DNA of 24,683 bases from Fibrobacteria bacterium (GTDB lineage: Bacteria; Fibrobacterota; Fibrobacteria; UBA11236): the NCBI GenBank assembly GCA_043745805.1, contig JAYTSD010000024.1, positions 1 to 24,683 of the forward strand, in the 5' to 3' direction. Position numbers and translations under genes: made by a program. Of this stretch, positions 17,345 to 24,683 are shown one piece after another. Each line of letters opens with the position of its first letter. Position 1 is the stretch's first letter. The notes beneath the pieces were generated by a model. That model was not told the origin of the DNA. It ran no database searches and worked only from the letters and a program-made list of their open reading frames with translations.

Positions 17345-18859
17345 TTAAAACATCCGATAACTTATTAGCAAACCGATTTCCGTTCCAGTCGCTTCTTGTG
17401 TGCGATTAGGTTTTAATTTTTCGAGTTGGCTCGGAAAACTTAATAATCCATCCAAAGTTAAGCTCCCTTTAAGTAAACCCAAGCCAAAGCCTAAGCTAAA
17501 TGCACGGTATGCTGCGGGCTTTTCGGGTTTATCTATACTGAGATTAAATGGAGATAATCGGGATGAGATTTGAGAAGACGAGACAAATGGATCAAATTGA
17601 TAATCTTCATATCCAGGGCGACTTTTTGCATCTTCAGTCCAAGCCCAACCCATGCGTAAAGCCAATGAAATCCCTTCATGAAAATGAATAAAGGATAGGC
17701 GCTCTACTTTCTGTTCTAATCCCATAGAAAATCGATAATATCTCTCGAAATTACTGGAGTCGATTTTATAATTATGGCCCGCGGTTTCCCATTCCATCAT
17801 TAAGGTCAACATTTCTAGGTAACTTGCATTTCCTCCTAAACCAAAAGAATTTATACTTCGAGTTTGATGAAGGTTTATAATTTTATCTCCCGTTTTAAAT
17901 GGGTTTTGATTTCCTTTTATGCCTTGATAACTTTGAGATTCTGCCGAGCGATAAGCAAATCGCAGGGCCGGTTGCACGCGAAAATCTTGCAACTCCACCG
18001 GATACATCCATTGGGTTTGTAAGCTCCAATAATCCGTCCAGGTAATCGGGTATTGGGTGCCGATTCCATTAACTTCTTTATACTCCCCGAAGGAACGCTC
18101 TTTACCGAATTCCAAAATGGCATTTCCTATAAAGGGAAACTCTTTAGTTCCACCCATATCCGCCGCGATACCGTAACGTGGAAGTGTCATGGTTGCTACG
18201 CGTTCCAATCGTCCATTTTTTGCTTCCAAACTATCGAAATGCCCACCCACACCAATAAACAAATCGACTTCAAAAGCTGGGTGAAAGCGGCTTCCCAAAT
18301 CAAATCTTAAGGCAGGAACTTCTAAAACCACACGCTTCGGATCTCCAGAAAAATTCATGTCGCCAAGTTTAGCATGAGCACTAAATCCAATACGAAATAA
18401 ACCTGAGGCGGATCCGGCGGCTAAATCCAATCCAAATCGCGTGGCGGACGACTCTACGCTATCGCCGCCTTTCATTTGATAGTTCTCGGACTCTTGCTGA
18501 AAATACAGAATTGCTCCAAACACACCAGGCTGAAAAAAGCTGAGTTGCGGGATATAATAGTCGTGATGGCCGATTTCCAAAGAATCACCATTCGTAGCAC
18601 GAATGTTACCTAATAATCCAAGCCCCGCGCCCAAACGCTCTTGATGCGTTTCCAACAAGCCTAAGGGTGAACCGCCTTGGTCATACAAATTATACAAGTC
18701 GGCATTAGTAAAACGCGTTTCTCCCAAGGCGAGATTGCGCAAAGAATAAAGTCCCGTAGCGGAACGATTAATGGGAAGAAAACTAGGGAATATTTGTGCT
18801 TGAATTAGGGATAAACCCAATGTCATTAAAAAAAACATCTGTATAAAAAATTTATTCAC
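17345..18859 (-). CDS. Hypothetical exported protein, probable outer-membrane beta-barrel
   Basis: GTG 18859 after GGGAGA; signal peptide ending LIQA; many amphipathic strands; C-terminus GLLISYRMF. Confidence 0.7.
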   Translation of the reverse strand: MNKFFIQMFFLMTLGLSLIQAQIFPSFLPINRSATGLYSLRNLALGETRFTNADLYNLYDQGGSPLGLLETHQERLGAGLGLLGNIRATNGDSLEIGHHDYYIPQLSFFQPGVFGAILYFQQESENYQMKGGDSVESSATRFGLDLAAGSASGLFRIGFSAHAKLGDMNFSGDPKRVVLEVPALRFDLGSRFHPAFEVDLFIGVGGHFDSLEAKNGRLERVATMTLPRYGIAADMGGTKEFPFIGNAILEFGKERSFGEYKEVNGIGTQYPITWTDYWSLQTQWMYPVELQDFRVQPALRFAYRSAESQSYQGIKGNQNPFKTGDKIINLHQTRSINSFGLGGNASYLEMLTLMMEWETAGHNYKIDSSNFERYYRFSMGLEQKVERLSFIHFHEGISLALRMGWAWTEDAKSRPGYEDYQFDPFVSSSQISSRLSPFNLSIDKPEKPAAYRAFSLGFGLGLLKGSLTLDGLLSFPSQLEKLKPNRTQEATGTEIGLLISYRMF

Positions 18860-19060
18860 TGAAATTCTCCCTAGTATTTGGATTTGGCCTAATCTAATGT
18901 CCAAACGTAACTTTCGCCTTTTAAAAAAATTATTCACGATAGAATTAGCCGCTCAATTGCTATTGAAACTATTTTTGAATATCAAATGAAAGCAAAAAAG
19001 TACCTTTGGTACAAAACCTCCATGAAAAAAAATCAACCGTAATATTGGAAACATAATTTA

Positions 19061-20074
19061 ATGCGATCCGAAAAAATCGATCTTTTAAGGTTTATAGGGC
19101 TAGCTATGATTGTCCTCGCCCACATTGATCCACCCTTTTTTATTTTTCAACTACGAAATTTCGATGTACCTTTAATGTTATTGGTTTCTGGCATTTCTTT
19201 TGGTTTAGCTTATAAACAAGAAAATTATTTTTCCTATGTCTGGAAAAGAATTAAGCGTTTAGTTTTTCCCGTATGGATATTTTTAAGTTTTTATTTTTCC
19301 CTTATGTTGGTAACTGGGCATCCGGTACTTTTACCGAATGCGGAAACGATTTATAATAGTTATTTATTACTTTCGGGAATTGGTTATGTGTGGATTATTC
19401 GAGTCTTTCTATTGGTGGCTTTGATTGCACCATTAATCTGGAAGCTTCATAGTAAAACATTTTCCACGCCAAAGTACTTTTCCATATTAATAGGGATTTA
19501 TATTCTCTATGAATTTATGTTTGTACAAATCACCCCTTATTTAAATTCACTGCTTGGTAAAATATTTGCTGAACAGGTACTGCAAATTATTCCTTATGCT
19601 TTTCTTTTTGCCCTTGGCTTGCGGTTACCCTCTTTAACTAACAAACAAGTTATAAGCCTATGTTGTTTCGCCCTTATAATGTTTATTATCATCGCCCTTT
19701 ATCTCAATCATGGTGCCGGAAAATTTATTCCCACGCAAGAATTTAAATACCCGCCTAGGATTTATTATCTCTCCTATGCCCTATTTGTGTCCATTCTACT
19801 TTGGCTCTCCTCAGATAAAATTTTAGTTAAAATAAAAAAGTTACGGCTGATAAAACCTCTGCTGTTTATTGCGCAAAACAGTATTTGGATTTATTTATGG
19901 CATATTTTATTCTTATCCATTTTTCACACTCCATTTTATATAAAGTATTTTTTGGTATTTGGAAGCGCTTCATGGTTAGTTTTTATGCAGGTATATTTTG
20001 TCCGGCAACTAGTAATGCCAAGATTAAAAAACGCTTCATTTAGAAAAAATATTAATTTATTATTTACGGGTTAA
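19061..20074 (+). CDS. Acyltransferase family 3 (OafA-like) membrane protein
   Basis: IDLLRFIGLAMIVLAH, VPLMLLVSG, KRIKRL..P and NSIWIYLWH; multiple TM segments. Confidence 0.9.
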   Translation: MRSEKIDLLRFIGLAMIVLAHIDPPFFIFQLRNFDVPLMLLVSGISFGLAYKQENYFSYVWKRIKRLVFPVWIFLSFYFSLMLVTGHPVLLPNAETIYNSYLLLSGIGYVWIIRVFLLVALIAPLIWKLHSKTFSTPKYFSILIGIYILYEFMFVQITPYLNSLLGKIFAEQVLQIIPYAFLFALGLRLPSLTNKQVISLCCFALIMFIIIALYLNHGAGKFIPTQEFKYPPRIYYLSYALFVSILLWLSSDKILVKIKKLRLIKPLLFIAQNSIWIYLWHILFLSIFHTPFYIKYFLVFGSASWLVFMQVYFVRQLVMPRLKNASFRKNINLLFTG

Positions 20075-20096
20075 TGGCCTTAGAAGTTCACACTAA

Positions 20097-20990
20097 ATGA
20101 AATACACCGTAACACTTAAATTACCGTTCTATCTCGTCGATGTTTTTGGGGAAACAAAGTTTTCAGGCAATCAATTGGCTGTTGTGGAATTGGTGAAGCC
20201 CATTTCAATTACACAAATGCAAAAAATAGCCGCCGAATTTAATTTTTCCGAAACCACTTTTGTGTTACGGCAGAAAGACGAAAGCCAAGGTTTTAGCGTG
20301 AGGATTTTCACACCTAAAAAAGAAATCCCCTTTGCGGGACATCCGACTTTAGGAACGGCTTTTGTGATTAATCACTTTATGCAAAAGGCCAAATCCAAAC
20401 ACATTATTTTAAAATTAAAAATTGGGGATATTCAGGTGGAAGAAGATTCTTCCCATGAAATACTTTGGTTCAAAACATTATCAGCAAATTTTGCAAATAC
20501 CCATCATGCTCAGGACTTAGCCAAAATTCTCGATTTACTACCTAAAGACATCGATACACAATACCCACTTCAAGAGGTATCTTTGGGGATATCCTTTCTA
20601 ATGATACCGCTATCCTCCTTAGATGCTGTTAAAAAGGCTAGAATTAATTTGTCATCCTATGAAGCCTATTTCAAAGGGCAAACTAGTTTGCCGGTTTTTA
20701 TTTTTTGTAAAGAAACGTATTCATCAAAAAACGATATTAATAGCCGTATGTTTGCACCTTGTTTCGGTATCATTGAAGACTCTGCAACCGGCAGTGCCAA
20801 TGCTTGTTTAGGTGCCTATATTGTAAAACACAAATACTTGAAAAGAAAAAAATCGCCATTGAGAATTGAGCAAGGTTATGAAATTAATCGCAAATCGTTA
20901 ATTCACATTAAAACCAAAGAGCAAAAGCAAGGAATGGAAATATTTGTCGGTGGAAAAGTAATCACTGTCGCAGAAGGATACTTACATTAA
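20097..20990 (+). CDS. PhzF family isomerase/epimerase
   Basis: VDVF...GNQLAV, FSETTF, FAGHPT and EDSATGS. Confidence 0.95.
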   Translation: MKYTVTLKLPFYLVDVFGETKFSGNQLAVVELVKPISITQMQKIAAEFNFSETTFVLRQKDESQGFSVRIFTPKKEIPFAGHPTLGTAFVINHFMQKAKSKHIILKLKIGDIQVEEDSSHEILWFKTLSANFANTHHAQDLAKILDLLPKDIDTQYPLQEVSLGISFLMIPLSSLDAVKKARINLSSYEAYFKGQTSLPVFIFCKETYSSKNDINSRMFAPCFGIIEDSATGSANACLGAYIVKHKYLKRKKSPLRIEQGYEINRKSLIHIKTKEQKQGMEIFVGGKVITVAEGYLH

Positions 20991-21029
20991 GAGGTATCAA
21001 AATATCATCTAATATTTTAAAAGGAAATC

Positions 21030-21242
21030 ATGACGGATACCAACACTTCACAAGAGCACCCTGAAGATAAAGCCGCTGGACCAGCCTCCGAAAGCACTCA
21101 AGAGAAAAACCAGTTAGCCGATGACCAGCATGGTAATACGCAAATCGAAAAAATCCTAAAGGAACGCTTCGGCCATCCTGGCCTAGGAAATATCATGGAT
21201 ACTATCATGGATGAAATGATCAAGAAAATGCCGAAAAAATAA
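21030..21242 (+). CDS. Small hypothetical protein
   Basis: AAGGA RBS; its TAA overlaps the MOSC ATG (TAATG). Confidence 0.65.
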   Translation: MTDTNTSQEHPEDKAAGPASESTQEKNQLADDQHGNTQIEKILKERFGHPGLGNIMDTIMDEMIKKMPKK

Positions 21243-22045
21243 TGTCGCAAGCCATTTTAGATAGGATCACCATTTTCCCCATTAAATCTTTAGATGGCAT
21301 GGAATTGGAATCGGCTCTTATATCCGAAGGTGGCTGTTTACTGCATGATAGAGAACTCGCCATTACGGATGAAATGGGAATTCCTATTAATGGCAAAAAC
21401 AATGCGCAAGTACACGCTTTATTATCGTATGTGGATTTTTCCAAAAGCTCCATTTCCTTTTCGCCGCGAGCAAGAGAAAATTGGCAATCTTTTATCATTC
21501 CAGATGAGCTTAAACAAATTAATACTTATTTAAGTGAATTTTTTGGGATGCCCGCTTTTATACATCAAAATAAACGAGGTCGTTTTTTAGATATTCCCGA
21601 TATTAGCGGCGCCACGCTTATCTCTACGGAAACACTACAAGCCGTAACCCAGTGGTTTCCTGGAATGGATATAGTTGAAACTCGCAATCGTTTTCGCGCC
21701 ACCCTTGAAATTAAGGCCGTAACAGCCTTTTGGGAAGATTATTTATTTGCTGGGTCGGACGAAGCAGTGGAGTATCGTATCGGTGAAGTTACCCTATTTG
21801 GTATGAGCCCTCGCGCGCGCTGCATTGTGCCTACACGGCATCCGACGACGGGTGAATCTTGGCCTGGCTTTGCAAAATCTTTTAATAAACATCGTGGCGA
21901 ATCCATACCGGCTTGGTCACGCTTAAGTGAATATGGTAATCATTATTTTTTAACGGTAGATTCTTTACTTCCACCCTCGGAAGTGGGTAAAACGATTCGC
22001 CGTGGCGATAAGTTGGAAATTGTAGGGGTAAAGAAAAGAATTTAG
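21242..22045 (+). CDS. MOSC domain-containing protein
   Basis: IFPIKSLDG, HDRE, NRFRAT, FWED and RARCIVPT (conserved Cys). Confidence 0.9.
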   Translation: MSQAILDRITIFPIKSLDGMELESALISEGGCLLHDRELAITDEMGIPINGKNNAQVHALLSYVDFSKSSISFSPRARENWQSFIIPDELKQINTYLSEFFGMPAFIHQNKRGRFLDIPDISGATLISTETLQAVTQWFPGMDIVETRNRFRATLEIKAVTAFWEDYLFAGSDEAVEYRIGEVTLFGMSPRARCIVPTRHPTTGESWPGFAKSFNKHRGESIPAWSRLSEYGNHYFLTVDSLLPPSEVGKTIRRGDKLEIVGVKKRI

Positions 22046-22056
22046 GTTTTGTAAAC

Positions 22057-22983
22057 CTAAATTCTTGAAGACAAGATATTTATTATTATTTGCGTTCTCT
22101 TGTCTCGACCCTTACGCGTCAAATGATAAGGCGTATCAAAAAACAAATCATCCGTAAATTTAAATTCCTCAGGGGAGCACAAAACCGGAAAACTCAATTT
22201 GTCTTTTAAAATTCGATGCAAATTATGAATGAATTGCTGATCGAAAATAAATGAATTTTCTTTGAAGGGCGGATAAAGGAAATAACATTTTATACGCTTT
22301 AAATTTAAGCGATCTGAAAAATTATTTAAAAATTTTATTGCACCCGGATAGGGATCAATATTATCGCCCAAACTATCGATGCGTATATTTTTACAGGGAG
22401 CCAGATCCAAATGTCCAACCATATCTCCATTGGTATTAAAGTTTTTTCGCATATAAACCCCCATTTCACGTGGAGGAAAATACTTTTGCAATAAATCTTT
22501 TTTTAATATTGCAGGAATATTAAATATGACACTAAAAAATTGCCCGGCATCCATTATTTTTATCCCCGCCGGATAAACATCGATTAGAGATTCCGCCAAG
22601 GCATATTCGCCATTGAACTTTTTCCGCGAATACAAGAGTTGGTATTCAGGGATTATGATTACAATATCGCCTGGATTTAAAAAAGCTTCCACGTCTTGTA
22701 CCATAAATTTAAGTCCCAAACCGAGATTGACACCGGTATTGATAACTTTTTTATGGAGCGCTATTTCAATCGCTTTGCTGTCTAAACCAAATGCGAGGTT
22801 GGACCCACCGACAAAAATAATGCGACCACCTTTGGTCGATTGCAAGATTTTATTTTTATCCAAAAGGGAATATTGATATTCTTCTGTATTTTTTTTCATG
22901 GGGAGGATAATTAGTAGGAATACCAGATTTACCAATATTATACCAATACCCATGAAGCATAATTTTCCGAATAATTTCAGCAT
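22057..22983 (-). CDS. Membrane-anchored SGNH/DltD-AlgJ-like protein
   Basis: N-terminal TM, IIFVGGSN and FDTPYHL; directly downstream of the MBOAT gene. Confidence 0.75.
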   Translation of the reverse strand: MLKLFGKLCFMGIGIILVNLVFLLIILPMKKNTEEYQYSLLDKNKILQSTKGGRIIFVGGSNLAFGLDSKAIEIALHKKVINTGVNLGLGLKFMVQDVEAFLNPGDIVIIIPEYQLLYSRKKFNGEYALAESLIDVYPAGIKIMDAGQFFSVIFNIPAILKKDLLQKYFPPREMGVYMRKNFNTNGDMVGHLDLAPCKNIRIDSLGDNIDPYPGAIKFLNNFSDRLNLKRIKCYFLYPPFKENSFIFDQQFIHNLHRILKDKLSFPVLCSPEEFKFTDDLFFDTPYHLTRKGRDKRTQIIINILSSRI

Positions 22984-23017
22984 GGCTTAGGCGTTTAATC
23001 CTAAGGATATTGGTTTT

Positions 23018-24481
23018 TTAAAAACGAAAATAAATAAAATCATGCGTATCAATTTCCATTAAATAAATGATGCTGAACACCAAGGAGAAATAAAGGATCC
23101 ATCGCAAAACGAAATGCTGAGCGGCCAACAATTGAAATATATATCGCTTTTTTTGCAAAATTTGTACCGTACAAAGTATAACGAGTGAAACAATGGCTAT
23201 CATAAATTCCGGTCGACTCATACCCAATTGTGCAAAGGTTAGACGCCAATATTGCGAAATTAAAATTTGGGACATGCCCTCCATTAAATGCGTAGATATA
23301 TATAAAGCTTGATTTAAATTATTGGCGCGAAAAAATATCCAGGCAAAACAAATCAAGGCAAAGGTTATTCCCATATTTGCCAAACTTTGCAAAAATGGAT
23401 AATGCCTCAAGCCCAATTGGATACTGATTTTTTCTCTCAACCCTTTAGTCCAAAAGGCAAAGACTAAATAAAATCCGTTTATTCCACCCCAAATAATAAA
23501 AGTCCAATTGGCTCCATGCCAAAGACCACTGATTAAAAAAGTGACCATTAGATTAATTTGCCATCGCCATTTACTCACTCGATTTCCGCCCAGAGGGATA
23601 TAGAGATAGTCGCGAAACCAAGTAGATAATGATATATGCCAACGCTTCCAAAATTCTGCAATGTTTTTGGAAAAATACGGACGTCTAAAATTTTCCATCA
23701 AAGTAAATCCCATGACTTGTGCTGACCCAAGCGCTATATCGGAATAGCCGGAAAAGTCACAATAAATTTGCCAAGCAAAAAAGCAGGTTGCCAAAATCAA
23801 AGTTAAGCCACTATTTCCGTGGGGCGAAGCATAGACATGATTGACCAAAAGTGCCAATCTATCTGCTATAACTACTTTTTTAAATAAACCCCATGCCATA
23901 CGTTTTAACCCGTCGGTTACCCTTTGATAATCAAAATCATGTTGCTGGCGAAATTGCGGTAATAGATTTTGTGGCCGTTCTATGGGACCCGCTACCAACT
24001 GTGGATAAAACATCACATATAAGGCATATATCCCCAAATGTCTTTCCGCTATTTGTTGTCCGCGATATACTTCTATCACATAACTCAGGCTTTGAAATGT
24101 GTGGAAAGATAGGCCAATGGGTAAAATAATTTTGAGAAGCGATAGGGAATAATTCCAGTGTAAAAAATGCTCAAGCACCTCGAAATTGTGATTGAAAAAA
24201 TTAAAGTATTTAAAGATGAAAAGCACAGCACATGTGGTAATCAAGCTTAGAATTAAATAAAGTTTTTTATGCGCCGGTTCCGCATCTTCCATTTTTATAC
24301 CCGCATAAAAATCTACGCCTATGGTAAATGTTAAAATCAAAATATAGGCGGGAATAAAGGTCATATAGAAATAGCAACTGGCTAGTAGTAATAAACTCCA
24401 ACGCCATTTGTATGGTAACAAAAAATAAAATAGCGTGACCAGTGGGAAAAAGCATAAAAAATTTAAGGAATTAAACAACAC
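23018..24481 (-). CDS. MBOAT family O-acyltransferase (AlgI/DltB-like)
   Basis: LPIGLSFHTFQ, QLVAGPIER, DFSGYSD, FWKRWHISLS.WFRDY and SGLWHGA; GTG start. Confidence 0.95.
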   Translation of the reverse strand: MLFNSLNFLCFFPLVTLFYFLLPYKWRWSLLLLASCYFYMTFIPAYILILTFTIGVDFYAGIKMEDAEPAHKKLYLILSLITTCAVLFIFKYFNFFNHNFEVLEHFLHWNYSLSLLKIILPIGLSFHTFQSLSYVIEVYRGQQIAERHLGIYALYVMFYPQLVAGPIERPQNLLPQFRQQHDFDYQRVTDGLKRMAWGLFKKVVIADRLALLVNHVYASPHGNSGLTLILATCFFAWQIYCDFSGYSDIALGSAQVMGFTLMENFRRPYFSKNIAEFWKRWHISLSTWFRDYLYIPLGGNRVSKWRWQINLMVTFLISGLWHGANWTFIIWGGINGFYLVFAFWTKGLREKISIQLGLRHYPFLQSLANMGITFALICFAWIFFRANNLNQALYISTHLMEGMSQILISQYWRLTFAQLGMSRPEFMIAIVSLVILCTVQILQKKRYIFQLLAAQHFVLRWILYFSLVFSIIYLMEIDTHDFIYFRF

Positions 24482-24588
24482 CTATGTAAAACCTTTAGTT
24501 AAGAATGCGCATAGCAAATACACTCAAAGAATAATGTTATTTAGGTAGCGAAAACAAGTGTGGGGTGGAAAGGTGTTGAGTATAAGTT

Positions 24589-24683
24589 TGATCTGCGCCC
24601 CGTTTAACGGACACTTTACTAAAAGTAAATTAGGTCAATTGACCGGAGGTGTCTATGAAAGAAAAAGTAACAAAAAAGCGTTA
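24589..24683 (+). mobile_element. IS3-family left end: IRL (24589-24615) and start of orfA (ATG 24655), truncated by window end
   Basis: TGATCTGCGCCCCGTTTAACGGACACT begins with TG and shares 17/27 nt with the reverse complement of the IR at 341-367. GGAGG RBS precedes MKEKVTKKR. Confidence 0.8.

Noticed and set aside
17086-17409. 107-aa plus-strand ORF
   Set aside because: No RBS or motif, and it overlaps the convergent barrel gene's 3' end; unsupported but not excluded.
341-24615. Composite transposon bounded by the IS3 ends at each side
   Set aside because: The IRs share only 17/27 nt, the left element is disrupted, and the interval includes core-like genes. Assembly breaks at IS copies are a simpler explanation.
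1-24683. CRISPR array, tRNA/rRNA genes, defence-system genes or TGA recoding
   Set aside because: No regularly spaced repeats, RNA gene signatures or defence domains were seen, and TGA terminates several intact genes.

Overview
Bacterial, mostly AT-rich window bounded by IS3-family ends. At the left are three nested right ends; at the far right is an IRL plus the start of orfA. The left half (1-13.2 kb) is an accessory mosaic. It contains nested IS remnants, a broken lipoprotein-like gene with a duplicated 3' end, a RibD/DHFR-family gene and a truncated solute-binding protein gene. It also carries two AraC-led modules (AraC-SnoaL; AraC-AhpD/CMD-GNAT-PaiB), a higher-GC divergon, an orphan membrane-bound CheA-like kinase without CheW, and about 1.7 kb of gene debris. 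The divergon pairs a Cys4-tailed MarR with an uncharacterised exported His/Asp-rich protein and has two identical palindromic operators. The right half looks like core genome: carboxy(nor)spermidine dehydrogenase plus nspC, VOC, DUF2277, DinB, a probable outer-membrane beta-barrel, acyltransferase-3, PhzF, MOSC, and an MBOAT plus SGNH-like O-acylation pair. TAnnTTTG promoter-like motifs hint at an FCB-group host (inference). The best candidate for an undescribed system is the MarR-Cys4/exported protein divergon. All family calls come from motif recognition, not database searches.
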